DNA from: Macrostomum lignano
Lineage: Eukaryota
Length of the DNA stretch: 64,000 nucleotides
Direction of reading: 5' to 3'
Assembly: GCA_002269645.1 (NCBI GenBank)
Contig: NIVC01002548.1
Coordinates: 62,001-126,000, forward strand
Shown here: positions 12,675 through 26,683 of the stretch, in pieces
How positions within the stretch are numbered: position 1 is the first letter of the stretch
Layout of the letters: each line of letters begins with the position of its first letter
Notes under the pieces: generated by a model
What the model was told of the DNA's origin: nothing
The model's input: only the letters and a program-made list of their open reading frames with translations
Database searches by the model: none
Made by a program: the position numbers and the translations under genes

Positions 12675-13633
12675 CTAGTAGGAAAGGTTTATAAAAAAGT
12701 AAAATCGTGTTACAAACAATGTATAGACAATTATAATGAATACATAATTAAATATTTTAACAGCTAAAGCCGAATGGTGATTTTTTAACAATAAGCCAAC
12801 AATGATTGACTAAGTTGTTGTTAGGTTCTTCGGTTACTTCCTAATTTCTAATCTCATTATATCCTAGCATTGACTACAAGAAGTATTTGTTAAGATATTC
12901 TATCTAATTCAATGTATTCAGATTGCAAAGGATTTAAATTATTATAGTATCTTTATTTATTTATGAAACAAAATTCACTCGCACTCGTAGCCACTACAAG
13001 TCATGTATAAAACACCCTCTGGTGTCACTTTGAACAGAATGATGTATCATTTGTTGGGCTTCATTTAATGAGCATAAGATGATAGGCCTTTGTTAAAATC
13101 TGTTAAATATTTATTAGCTTTGAATAAAAATGTAAAAATCCCGATCAAGTCAGCTCAGGATAATTAATACTGCTTAATGCAATGATATACATATATTCTA
13201 CTAGTAATAGCGAATCGTTTTCATGGAGAAATTATAGTCAAAACTTGAAGGACATACATAATGTTCCTTTATATACCCCAGGAGCCCATGCTTAAAATCA
13301 TGTCATTTGCTTCAAAAATTTCTGGCGCATATTCATAAAAGCTTGCATAAAGCTCCTTGGCAAACAGATTTTAAAAAAAGTATTGTGGCACATATATGCC
13401 TAAACTACATATAGAGCAGGCACTATATAGTGCATATATACTTTTTACTTAAAAAAGGCTACCCTTATGCCACTATAGTTTGAACAAGCACAAGAAATCA
13501 TATTTGCAAAAATTCTTGCTTTTTAAATAATTTAATAAGAAAATGTATAATGTGAAGTATAGAAATATATAAATATATAAAGGACCAAAGTAAGAAAGAG
13601 GGCATGTACACAAAAAAATTTCCAGGGTTTACT

Positions 13634-16600
13634 TGTTATGTTATGATAGACTCATAGATCCATTCTCTGTGTGTTTGATTTATGTCTATGGACACGACTA
13701 ATAAACGAGTGTTAAAGAGCACTTATAACTACACAGCTACTCTATATCCATACAAGCATCTGGAAACATAAGACTTCTGTGTCGCAACACAACATGGTGT
13801 CAGAGGTGCACTTGTGAAGAGCTCTAGATTTGAATTGTCAAACACAGTACTGTGTTCAACTGGATCTGGATTCAAATGGATGGCGGGCTCAAACCCCCAA
13901 AGCCATTCTGCTTTGATGAGCACAAGGCAGAAAACTGGAGTAAATGGATTTCTGCGTTCGAGCTCTATATGACTGCAACCAAGCGTGACGAATCACCGGC
14001 TAAAGTGCAAATAGCGACACTGCTAACAGCCATCGGAGAAGAAGGTTATGAGATTTATTCAACTTTCGAGAAATTGGAAAGAGACGAAGAGCTGTCAAAA
14101 GTGACGAAACTGTTTGAAGAATATTGCAAGCCGAGTGCAAACGAAACTTTCGAGCACTACAAATTTTGGCAATGCAGGCAGAATGAGCATGAGAGCATTG
14201 ACTCATTTGTCAGTGGCCTGAAACAACTTATCAAGACATGCTCATTCGAGAAGCCAGCCTACGAATTGACAATGAACGAATCAATAATCAGAGATCAGAT
14301 TGTCCTTGGAATCAGAGACAGAGTTGCGAGAACGGCTTCTACGTGAGCAGGAGTTGACGCTAGATAAGGCTATATCTATCTGCCGTGCAAGTGAATCATC
14401 AAAGACCCAAGTGCGGATCATGACGGGAAACACCTCCGGAGAGATTTCGAAATACATCCAGAAAGAAGTCAATTCTGTTGTGAAGCCTCGCTCAACAGGC
14501 AGACCAGATCTCAAGTACAAGGAGAGACGACCAAACAAAAGGTTTGGGTCCAATGGAAAGCCGATGGTAGGAAAGTCGGAGGGTTGCTCATTCTGTGGTA
14601 AGAAACACAAGAAAGGTTCATGCCCTGCATATGGCAAGACGTGCAAATCTTGCGGAAAGCAAAACCACTTCAGCAACGTTTGTCGGAATAAGACCATAAG
14701 AGCCTTGGATCGAAATACAAATGAAAGCTCAGAATCTGATCGTCAAGATTCGTGGGTCATGTCAGCATCTCTGCAAACGGGTGGCAACGACAGAGACAGT
14801 AGAACAACTGTTGGTATCAAAATCGAAGGTCAGCTGGTGAATTGCAAATGCGACACAGTAGCGGACGCAAATGTACTCCCTAAACATCTGCTTAGGCGGA
14901 TTGCACCAAACACGTCGATACAAGCAACGTCTTGCAGACTCTTTTGCTATAAAAGGTCGCGCCTAACAGTCGCAGGGAAGGTACAATTGAAACTGGAATA
15001 TGAAGGAGTCAAGCATGAAAATGAATTTATTGTGATTAAAGAGAGGCTCATTCCACTCATCGGATGGAAAACTGCAGAAGAGATAGGCCTGGTGAAATTC
15101 AACTTTGGAGTTTCTGTTCAACCTGAAGGGTTTAAGTCCACGTGGACAGATGAAAGATTTCTTCGAGAGTATCCCGATGTCTTTGAAGGAACAGGTTGCT
15201 TACCTGGGAGTTATCACATCAGCCTGCGCGATGACAAAGAATCTTGGATGGATCGCCCTCGAAGAATCCCGTTTGCAGCAATGCAACCTTTGAAGGCTGA
15301 ATTAGATCGCCTGGTTTCGGATGGACTCATCACCAAGTGTGATGAGCCCACGAAGTACGTTTTAAATGTGGTCGTCGTCTGGAAGGCAGACAAGACTATA
15401 CATCTTTGCCTAGACCCTCAGCATCTGAATGCCAACATAATGAGAGAGCAGTATCAGATACCGTCTTATGACGAAATTATTGCAGAAATCGGAAACGCTG
15501 CTCTGTTCTCAACTTTTGATGCGACTGCGAGTTTTCACCAGATTGCATTGGATTATGAAAGTTTGTTGATGACGTGCTTTCACACACCTTTTGGACGATA
15601 TTGTTGGCTGAGAATGCCCTATGGAATTTGTTCCGCATCGGAAGTCTACCAGAAGCGAGTTCGGGAGGAGATCTCAGACAAGATCAGAAACTGCAACAAT
15701 TTTATTGACGACTTCATTGTTTGGGGCAAGACTGTTGAAGAACACGATGAAGCTGTGAAGCAGCTTATGGAAATGTGCCGTGCGAAGAATTTGCGCCTGA
15801 ATTATAAAAAGCGGAAAGTCGGATTGAAGGAGTTGAAATTCCTTGGCAACATACTTTTGCACACCGGAATTAAAGTTGACCCAGACAAAGTAAAAGCAAT
15901 GCGCGATATGCCCCGACCAGATACTCTATCCGGCAATGAGAGAAAGCAGCAACTTATGCGATTTCTAGGATGTGCAAATTTTTTGTCCAAATTCATTTCG
16001 GATCTGTCATCTAAGGCAGCACCGCTATGCACATTGCTGACGAAGAATGCTCAGTGGAACTGGACAAATGAACACGAAAAAGTGTACAAATCAATTTTGC
16101 AGAGTCTTTGCGACACACCAGTCTTAGCTCGCTATAACCCGAATGCACCACTTACTCTGTCAGTCGATGCTAGTCAACATGGTCTCGGAGCAACTATCCT
16201 GCAAGATGGACACCCGCTGGAATACGCTTTGTCATCACTGACACCATCCCAATGAAATTATGCTCAGATCGAAAAGGAACTTTTGGCTATTGTGTTTGGC
16301 TGCAAGCGATTCCACCAGTACGTCTGGGGACACAAGGTAACGGTCGAGAGCGACCACAAGCCACTAGAGAACATCTTCTGGAAGCCAATTTCAACTCTTA
16401 CAGCAAGATTGCAGAGACTGATTCTACTAGTTCAGAAGTACGACCTGCACATTATATACGTTCCCAGTAAAGACTTGCACATTCCAGACACTCTAAGCCG
16501 CGCTTTCTTAAAGAACGTACATTCCTCTAAACAACTCGAAGATGACATTGAAGGTCACGTGCTCAGTGTTAGAATGTCAGTTGGATTCCCAGAACTGATG

Positions 16601-18210
16601 CAGAAACTGGAAAATGAAATGGCAAAGGACTCAACACTGCAACAACTTGCTGAGATCATCGGTGTTGGTTGGCCTCACCACAGAAGCCAGCTTGTGACTG
16701 AGCTTTGTTGTTTCTGGAACGTCAGACATGATCTAACTGCGCATGGCAATCTGATCTGGATGAAGAATCGAATAGTCATTCCAAACTCAATGAGAATGGA
16801 AGTGCTACAGAAGCTGCATACTGGACACCCTGGAATTGTGAAGGCAAGCTTAAAGGCGTCAGAGAGCGTCTACTGGCCTGGAATTAGATGTGATATTCAA
16901 GAAATGACTTCAGCGTGCATTGCCTGCCAGGAAAGCCAAAGAAAGCCACAGAAGGAACCGATGGTGGCTCAGTGCTTACCAGACTACCCATTTCAGGAAT
17001 ATGGCATAGATATTTTCCATATTGACGGGAAGAATTTCTTGATATATGTTGATAAATACAGTCGGATGATCGAATACGCTAGGATCAACAATACTTCAGC
17101 TGCCTCTGTGATTCCCCAACTAAAGAAGTATTTCCAGACCTATGGAGTTTGCGAGATTTTAAGATCTGACAATGGACCTCCATTCTCGGGAAGAGAATTT
17201 GGTTGTTTTGCGAAAGAGTACGGCTTAAAACATGCTACATCATCGCCGAAGTACAGCCAGTCCAACAGATTAGCGGAAAGAGGCGTTCAAACGATCAAGA
17301 ATATTTTAAAGAAGGTTCTGAAGAGCAATGAAGGCGAGCACATGGCACTGCTGCATTACAAGAACACTCCTATTGAGCATGGAATGCCATCACTCGCTGA
17401 GCTAGTCTTTGGACACAAACTGCGCTATGATTTGCCAATCCCAAAAGCAGATCTAATTCCTAGACAGGTCATGTCCAGGAAAGTACTACAGAAGCTAAAG
17501 GACCAGCAGAACAAGGCCGAAGAATATTATAACTGTGGATCTAAGGAGAGGAGAGAATTTGGTTGTAGAGAAAAGGTTTGGATGCAAGAATCAACACGAC
17601 GATGGCAGCCAGCAGAAGTGCACATGAGAGTGAATGACCGTTCTTATATAGTTCGCGATGAACAAGGAAAGCTACTACGTCGGAACAAATCGTTTTTTAC
17701 TCAACGGACTGGAGCAGCAGAAGAAATTGCTGTTTCACAAAGAGAAACCCTTGAAGATGCATTCGGAAAGGAAACTACTACACCACTGAAAGCTTCTCAA
17801 AGTCAACTGGATAAGCACAAAGCAGTGGAGGAAAATATAGGCAGCAAACCATCAGCACAAGCACCTAATGCACAACAATGTCAGTCACCTAGGACGACAA
17901 ATGGCTATACAACACGGAGTGGACGTGTGGTGAAGCCAGTTGTGCGATTTCAGGCACATTGACTAATGAAAAGGTGTCAGTGTAGAACAGAACTTCCGGA
18001 AAGAGGATTTATTTTACTTACACATAGGAATCCCACTGAAGAAGGGAGATGTTATGTTATGATAGACTCATAGACTCATTCTCTGTGTGTTTGATTTATG
18101 TCTATGGACACGACTAATAAACGAGTGTTAAAGAGCACTTATAACTACACAGCTGCTCTATATCCATATAAGCATCTGGAAACATAAGACTTCTGTGTCG
18201 CAACACAACA
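13634..18210 (+). mobile_element. Full-length Ty3/Gypsy LTR retrotransposon (Mag-like), disabled, antisense within hnRNP R/Q intron 1
   Basis: 161-bp LTRs at 13634-13794 and 18050-18210 (TG...CA; 4 differences by my count). PBS TGGTGTCAGAGGTG at 13795 (tRNA-Leu type); PPT GAAGAAGGGAGA before 18050; flanks TTACT/ATACT (TSD TACT, or 5 bp with 1 mismatch). Confidence 0.96.
13876..17962 (+). pseudogene. gag-pol polyprotein (Gag with CCHC knuckles, protease, RT, RNase H, integrase) with a frameshift at ~14320 and a premature TGA at 16253-16255
   Basis: CSFCGKKH..CPAYGKTCKSCGKQNH; protease DTV instead of DTG; RT FIDD; RNase H DAS...Q*NYAQIEKELLA; integrase HTGH..CIAC and D-D-E (GIDIF, SDNGP, AERG). 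Confidence 0.9.
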
Positions 18211-19610
18211 ATACTCAAGAAATTTGGCATATGTGTTGGCATACAAAGTGATTTTGGGCTTTTGGTATATATGGTTAGTATTTGGGAGTGGTTTATGTTT
18301 GTGTTTATTATTCTGATTCACTTTTCTTCAAATGGGCAATGTCAAATGCTGAAATCTGGCCATGGCTTTTCTAATCAACAAAATAATCTATGACAGACAG
18401 ACAGACAGTGCAAAGTTAGTATATAGATAGAGTGAAAGAATACAAACAAATATTAACTGAACTACTTGATATGTATTTAAACATAATTCTTGAAACAAGA
18501 TAAAAAAACAAAAAATAGGTATCATACAAAAATTAGATGATAAAAAATTAGAGAATATTTTTAATGTGAAATTATCAGCAAAAAAATAAGCAAAATACAA
18601 TACAAGCAAGCAGATAACTTAATGACAAAATTTTGCATAACCTTTTTTCTTATTCAAATTTTGAAAGTGATGTCTTTTTGGTTATACAAACAAGATCTAT
18701 CATACTAGATAGTCAAAAATTTGAAATTTAGAAGCTTCATCAAAATTTCACTGCAGTCCCTATGATATATATATATAGTCTACATTAGTATGCACTAGAA
18801 ATTTAGGTTGTTTTTCCTAGGTATTATAAAGTATTCCAAACTATAGGGAAAGGATTTCCTTTTATTGCTAAATAAAAGTTTATATAAAATGATGATTTCA
18901 AGTAAGGGTCAAATAAGATTAATTTTTTGAGATTATGATATTTTAGACTCTAGATACATACTTTTGAGATAACTAAAATTCAATATTAAGCCTAATTTGC
19001 ATCTACCTAATTTTCATAGTAGTACTATTTACACTTTTCTACTTATCAATCTTAATATTGATAACAACTTGATATATACATCAAATATAAGTATGATATT
19101 AAATAAAATTGGCAAGCTTATAGTTTGATTTAGGATTTCATCTTCAAGTTTGAATTGGTGCCACAAAATAATGCCTTTGAGCATTAGATAATAGAGCAGT
19201 TTATAGATAAGTAAATGGAGCAATAGCTAAACTAAAGTGTAGATAAAGCAATAGATAGGGCAATTAAAATAGTGGTCAATATAATGGTAAATAGTGATAG
19301 ATAGAACAGTAAATAAGAATTAAATGCTATATCTATAGCTAAAGAATTTTCTAATGTATTTTTTATCTTTTTTGGCTATAGACATCATTTTCTACCAACT
19401 ACAATGGCATTATATTGCAACACTGATTCAAACTTAAAAATAATACCAAGAAACAAACTAGAAGATCACCATAATATCATAGTCATAAATAGTAATTACA
19501 AATCTTGCCATTTAAAAGATTGCCAAGATAAAAAACCTATATAACTTTTACTGACACATTTTAAGACACATCTTTCAACACTTTTCACAACACCTAAAAT
19601 GAAGTCTATG

Positions 19611-19810
19611 AAATTTGCTTGCCGAAGTCTGCTTGCCAAACTTTGCTTGCAGAATTTTGCCTGCCAAAGTTTTCTTGCCAAACTTTGCTTGCCACATTTT
19701 GCTTGCAGGAAATCTGCTTGCTGCATATAAGCTTGCCAAAGTTTGCTTGTAGGAATGTTGCTTGTAGAAATTTTGCTTGTAGAGGTTTGCCAGGCAAAGT
19801 TTTCTTAGGA
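19611..19810. repeat. Degenerate 14-15 bp tandem array (TTGCCAAACTTTGC)
   Basis: About 13 units; reverse complement of the array at 20430-20605. Confidence 0.85.
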
Positions 19811-20429
19811 AACCTTAAAGAACCTTTTTTCAGCTCTTGTATTTCTAGTTTTCATTTTTTAAGATTCATGGAAGTGGCCTATAATGTTATGATTTTGTAT
19901 GAGGATATGGCAGATTTGAAAAACCTTCATGCAGAAACTTTTAAAACTCCATGGAACTTTCAATACTATTTTATCTTTTGTTCCTTGGTGACAAGTACAT
20001 GACACTAGTAATGGTACAAATCTGCTAGTCCAAGTGTGTTTACATTTTTATATATTAATTATAATTATTATTAGTATATGCATTATTACACATTAGCATC
20101 ACAATTATCATACCTGCTCAATCGTGCTAAAATCAGGAACTACAAAGATTTATACTGTTGCTGATTGCTATCTATCTATACTAAATCTCTAATCATTTTA
20201 TATACTAAATTTTTAGAATGAAACTTTATAAGCCTAGTTTGAAAGCTTATAATGTCAAGTCAGTTATGTCAATGCTGATAAGAATCCATTTGCAAAGCAT
20301 CTAAAGACTGTAGTAAGTAATAATTGACTGACTAACTTCACAAGCAATCAAAACAAACAAGCAAACAAGAAAATAATTTGGCATGTTAAATCCTTGCAAT
20401 AGTGATTGCAAACTTCTAGGAAGTAGATA

Positions 20430-20605
20430 TCAAAATTTTGCAAGCAAAGTTCCTGCAAGCAAAGTTTGGCAAGCAAAATTCCTGCAGGCAAAGTTTGGCA
20501 AGCAAAATTCCTGCAAGCAAAGTTTGGCAAGCAAAGTTTGGCAGGCAAAATTCTACAAGCAAAGTTTGGCAAGCAAAATTGCTGCAAGCAAAGTTTGACA
20601 AGCTA
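20430..20605. repeat. 14-15 bp tandem array (GCAAGCAAAGTTTG), inverted relative to 19611-19810
   Basis: About 12 units seen directly. Confidence 0.88.
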
Positions 20606-23600
20606 ATGTTCCACAAGCAAATGTCATACTCCCTTAAAATGTTACAAAAAGTGTTGGAAAGTGTTGTAACAGTTAAGTTTTGTTGATACATTTTAGACAC
20701 ATTTTCCAACACTTAACCTATAGTATATCAGTTGTGTTGCACATCATTTTGATTAACTGATATATAATATATATAAGCATATGTAGCCTATAGGAGTTGG
20801 CATTTTATTTTGACTACACATAGTATATATTGTACATAAAAGTCATGTTCCATAGCTTTCAATGAGTTAGCTTTTTTAAGTTTCAAAGGATACTAACTTT
20901 TTTAATTGATACAAAAATCCAATTGTCATAGAGTTGAGCATTTTATTTGCCCTGGATATATGATATTTTAATTTGCAAATCAAATATAATTTTTTATGTA
21001 TCAGTACATATATGACTTAGCTCTAAGAAACATTTCAAGTGTTGGAAGATATGTCTGAAAATTTGATAGTGTGATGGAAAATGTGATAATGTGATAGATA
21101 CGAAATGTAAAGGAATATGAAGGAAGATGTGAAAGAAGATATGAGGGAAAATGTGATAGAGTGTTGGCAAAAGTTAACCAATAAAATACTTTTTTCAGAC
21201 ACTTTTTAGAGTGTTGTAAAAAAATGTTAGATATGTCTAGAAATGTGTCAGCACATTTAAAAAAGGCATTTAAAAAAGTGCTTAGATTTTGACAATTAAG
21301 ATCAAGATTGAAATCTTGTTTAACCCCTAATTTCAAGGATAAACTTTGTTTTTTAGCTAATATTGCTTCAAGCACATGGCAATTAGTGATAGACTAAAAT
21401 TTAAATTTGTAATTTAAGTCCAAAAAAGTATTTAACTTTTATTAGAAATATAAATGCTTTGGATTCAAAAATTTTTCCAAATATTTTCAAAATGTGCTTC
21501 AAATACAAAAAAATCAAGAAAGCTAAACAAATCTTAATTTGTAAAAGAAAAAAAAAATTTTGAAACAATAAAATATATTAAAAACAAAAGCGCAACATTT
21601 TATATCATTTTGATATTCTTCATTTTTGTAATAACAAAAGAGAGTTACATAAAATAAAGTTATTAAACTTTAAGACCTCAAAAGTATTGAATCTTACAGA
21701 CTAGAATCTTACTACAGACTAAGTTGTAGAAACATTTTTGGCAATCATTATTTAAGTGTAATCATTAGTTAGTTTTTTAATGCAAATGCACAGACTTATA
21801 GATTATAGTAAAGTATTCTCAAGAATGTTCTTAAGAACACAAATGTATTTATTAGTTAATATTAGTAATTAGAATTAGCTAAATTGTTATACAAGAATTA
21901 TGTTTAATTCAAACTTACTTTCTCTCTACTAAGTTTTAATTCTAGCAATTTCATTTGAATTTCATTTAAAGAACAGATTAATTGCTTACTAGATCATTAA
22001 TTAGATGCTAAAGCATTTTTGTTACTAAAAAGTGTCATAGTTACTCCTACCATTTACCATTTACTTCTTAGCTTACATTTAAAAATATCTAGATATTTGG
22101 ATATTTGGACTTGGAATGTTTATATATATTTGGATTTGGTTTTGGACACTTGCAAAAATACACATTTAATCTATCATAAATGCCAATGGGAATAACATAT
22201 TTTAGTTACCATGGTAAAGAGAAATCAGTTTTTATAGTATAATATATAGCATTAGAAATTGTTATTTTTTAATGGAAGGCCAAAATATTTCTGAAAAGGT
22301 ATAGAGGTATATAGGCCTAATGAATTATTTTTAATCAGGCCCAGGCCTAATCTAATTAGTTAACATGTGCTGGGATCAAAAAAAGGTTATCAATTAGGCA
22401 GTTGTTATTGTTATCGTGACCATATAAATAGCGAGATGGTTATTTTTATGGTTAAAACTTAAAAAAAAACATCTAAATAAAGTGACACACTTGCTGTGCA
22501 AATACTATAATGGTTAAATTTCAAAAATAAAGAAACATTTTATTAATAAATATGATTGTAACTTTTAGTGGTTCTTGTCATGGTAGCTTACTTTAGGTTA
22601 ACTTTAGATTAACTTTAGGTTAACTTTTACCATATAATTTAACAAATTATTCTTCTACATGACCATAAAAATAGCAATTTTGCTTCTTACCTATGGTCTA
22701 CCTAAGGTCTACTATTTAAAAAAACTATAAAAAACATTATTGTTAGGCCCTAGTCCTAGGCATATTAAACCTACATTTTAGGCCTACATTAAGTCTATGC
22801 CTACTCCATAGTCAGGATCATGTCATGGTATACGCTGGAAAAAAAATCCCCTAAAAAATCTATGCTACTTCATACTGAAATGTATGCCAAGGTCTTGACT
22901 TAAGAACTTACGCTAGGTTTTCTAGGCTTTGCAACAATAAATGACCTTTTTTGTGTGTTACACATTTTTTAACAATTTTCACAATAAAAATTTAACAAAT
23001 GTGTGGTTTTCATTTAAAGTAAATTGGCTTACAGATAATGCCAACAAAAATCAATTTTTTGATTAAGTTTTTTTAAAAAATTACACAATTAGTTTACATG
23101 GAATTTTTAATTTTTATAAATCACAAATAGTTATGAACTTTAATCTTACGAGTTTTACCATTTTTATATTTTATAATAAGATTCTGAGGTTACGGCATTA
23201 TGCCAACAATTTTTAATATTAACTTTGGCATGAAGGTTAGAGTTGGCGGACTTCTTTAAGTTTATGTTGATAAAATACTTCCGATTTTTCGATTTTTCTA
23301 AAACTTGCATTGGAGACTTATGGGGCACCCAAAATTATAAAAATGCAAAAAAAAGTGTAGAAAATTATCTGTACAGTTGATGCAATCACGATTTACTTGA
23401 TTCCCTATTCTCTTAATGATGTTTGGTGAGAAAAAGTTTCCATGAATACATTTTTGAAAGTGTATCCACTAGACTTTTAATCTAATAGCACGTGTGCTAG
23501 AACTTCATTAGGCCAATTAAAGATGAGTAATAATATCTACAAATTAATATGCAATTGTCTTTTACGTTGGCTGATAATAGTTTTTCAATTTAGTTATAAT

Positions 23601-23902
23601 GCATAGACAGTGTGATGTCACTGTTTGCTTTTTTTAAAAACTGTCACGACCGGCTCAATCTTTGCACTATGGTCTTTTCACTGAACCCAGCCAAAGCAAT
23701 GTTCGCAACTTTAAAGCATTTCGCTCCTCAAAACCAATTACTGTACAAGGCTAGATTACTAATTCTATTTTATTAAGGAAGTAACAGCACTTGATTTTGG
23801 TAAGCAAATTCATTTAGATAAAGTTATAGAATTCAACCAACTTCTGACATAATTATGTTGAATCCACTCTTTGGTGGATTCTCTCTTTTCTCGTGTCGTG
23901 GA

Positions 23903-24385
23903 GTTACAACCTCTCCCCCCTATTAGAATTGGAATTTGTCAGCACAATCTTGAATAGGTCTCCATGCCTCTATTCAAGTTTATGTTGATAAAATCAATCC
24001 TCATGAAGAATCTCCCCACCCTAAAACCCCCTATTCCCCATGCCCTGGTAGTTGGTTTTAAGCTACAACCCCCCCTCCCTATTAGAATTGGAATTTATCA
24101 ACACAATCTTGAATAGGTCTCCATGCCTCTATTCAAGTTTATGTTGATAAAATCAATCCCCATGAAGAATCTCCCCACCCTAAAACCCCCTATTCCCCAT
24201 GCCCTGGTAGTTGGTTTTCAGCTACAAACCCCCCTCCTTATTAGAATTGGAATTTATCAACACAATCTTGAATAGGTCTTCATGCCTCTATTCAAGTTTA
24301 TGTTGATAAAATCAATCCCCATGAAGAATCTCCCCACCCTAAAACCCCCCATTCCCCATGCCCCGGTGGTTGGTTTTAAGCTACA
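23903..24385. repeat. Three tandem copies of a 159-bp unit
   Basis: ATTAGAATTGGAATTT recurs at 23922, 24081 and 24240 (period 159); copies nearly identical. Confidence 0.93.
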
Positions 24386-24568
24386 TATAATTGGGTTAAA
24401 GCTACCTAAAAATGGAGCTCAAATTTGAAATCAGCACTATCAAAAACCTTTATAGAGACAAAATTATGATCCTATCAAAATTGAAACTATTTTATCAACA
24501 TAAACTTGAAGAAGTCCGAGTTGGCATATGCTGCTTGGCATATTTATGCCACAGTGTCACACTAAAAG

Positions 24569-25073
24569 CCATAGTCCGGATCATGCTAGGTGCATGCCCA
24601 AACAAAAATTGAATAATTACAAATGCACGCCGAAATAAAAATTTGTGCACGCCCATTCTCAAAAATGCCAGTGTTGCGACAATAAATGACCTTTTTTTAC
24701 GTTGTGACAATAAAAGACCTTTTTTAAATTTTATAATTGACCCTTATTATTAGATAATTTTTGTTGCTTTTAAGGCTTTTTGGGCAATACTATTTACAGC
24801 AAAAAGTTTATACACACAAAGATTTGTTTAAATACTCTTTTTCAAGCTGGAAAAAACCAGAAAGCTTGAAATTTGAGCCTAAAAATGAACTTTTTTCATC
24901 TTTTTTCTACTTTACAAAAACTCTTACGCATTATTCTATAAAGTGCACGCCAGGTGTGCATGCATACTTTTTTCTCAGGAGTGATGCACACCAACTGTGC
25001 ACGCCTAATTTTGGCGTGCAAGGCCAAAGCACGCCCAAATTTTTAGGCATATACTACATGATCCGGAGTGTGG
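24569..25073. mobile_element. MITE with imperfect 17-bp TIR CCATAGTCCGGATCATG
   Basis: 24569-24585 vs reverse complement of 25057-25073 (15/17); internal TGCACGCC motifs; ends related to those at 22806 and 51955. Confidence 0.6.
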
Positions 25074-26683
25074 ACCAAAAGGTACACCAAATATATTTTG
25101 CCTTATTTTTTATGCCAATTGTATGCCAAAAAAAATAAAATTTTCAATTGTACACCAGAAATTTCCAGCATAATGTACATCATCCTAACTATGGACATGG
25201 TGTTTACTTAAAATAAAAATTAATATTATAATCATATAAAAAGGTTAACATATTGTGTGAAGAATAATAAATGCAAGATTGATACAGCAGCTTTTAATGT
25301 TCAATACCAAAACAAAACTTACTGAATAGATAATTCCTACTACATGACATTGCATTGCTAGGGACTTCAGTGAGTTATAAGAAGTGCGTGCCAATGGCAA
25401 AAAAGTAAGAAAAAAGTCCAATTTTTCAAGGGCGATTTTAAAGAAACTATAGAAGCCAGGATGAAAGTAAAATATGCATTTAAAAGGTAAAAAGGAGCTC
25501 TTTCAAATGACACCAACTGCAAGTCTAGCTTTGTTATACTTTTTGCACTGTCTATTTTTAAAGTTGACCATTTTTTAGGAGGAATATAAAATTGAAGCCA
25601 AAATGAATAAAAAAACAGTGGTTCAGAAAATGCTTTTTCTTAGCTGCAATGTGTTTCTTATAATGGAAACAAAGGTTTTATAGTGTAAAGGGATAATTTA
25701 GAAACATTTTTCTGGTGTTAAAAAAAATTTTTTTTTCTTTTAATGCCCATATGGCTCTATGCAAAATTTCAAATCCAAAATTTTCCATGAAATCCTTTTC
25801 CTGCATTGTTTCTCTTTATATTTTTCATTACCTATTGACAATACAAGCACAGTAAAAAAAACCGCTTGCCAATAGCTATAGGCGCAAAAATTTTGTGGAG
25901 GTTTCTTTTTTGATACGTTTACATGTAAAATACCCATTGAAACGTGTATTTCGTGTTTTTTGTGAGACTCTGCCTTCCGGCAAACTAGTTCTCTGTGTCA
26001 TTTAACTAATTCTGCTATGCTGAACACGATAGGCAAAACCGTTTTTTAATAAACCCATGCGCAAAGCCTGTACAGCACATTACATTGCAGTTGGGGTGTC
26101 TGTCATGCATTAAAAATTTAGGGCAAGAAGTAGAATAGTATTATAGTAGGTAAAAACCTGAACAAAATGACACTAGCCTTGTATAAATTAAGCAAGCAGA
26201 ACAGATGCTATTGTATTTTTAAAATTGCAATCATTGCGTATCTGGTTAAAATAGTCAAAATTTCATACACCCATCCTGTTTCAATTAGCTTAGCAACTTG
26301 GGCATATAAAATAATATTAAAATATATAATTCATACAATTAACACTAAAAAACTGAACAAAATGACACCAAGCACAGTCATTTTGGTTGGCTAGAAAATT
26401 AATTACAAGTGTTCAAAGACAAAAAGCCAACTTTTTGGCCAAAAATGATCACAAACCGTAATGTAAAAATTCCATTGGCTAAAGGCACAAATCGGGGTTA
26501 CTAAAATAGCTGTAGTTTCCTTATTACTCAACCAAATCACTAAAGTTTGGCCATTTTGGAAATGGGAAAGTAAGATCTATCTAGTGAAATAGCAGCCTAT
26601 AACAATTTCTGAAATTTAATTTTCTCACTGAAGTGCCTAGCATTGCAGTCTACAATACAATAATAAAAAAAACAGAATCATAC

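Noticed and set aside
14300-16300. Programmed gag-pol frameshift at ~14320 and stop read-through at 16253
   Set aside because: The shift falls inside the conserved capsid motif (IRD..LRERLL) and the TGA inside the RNase H motif; no slippery heptamer seen. Mutational decay is simpler.
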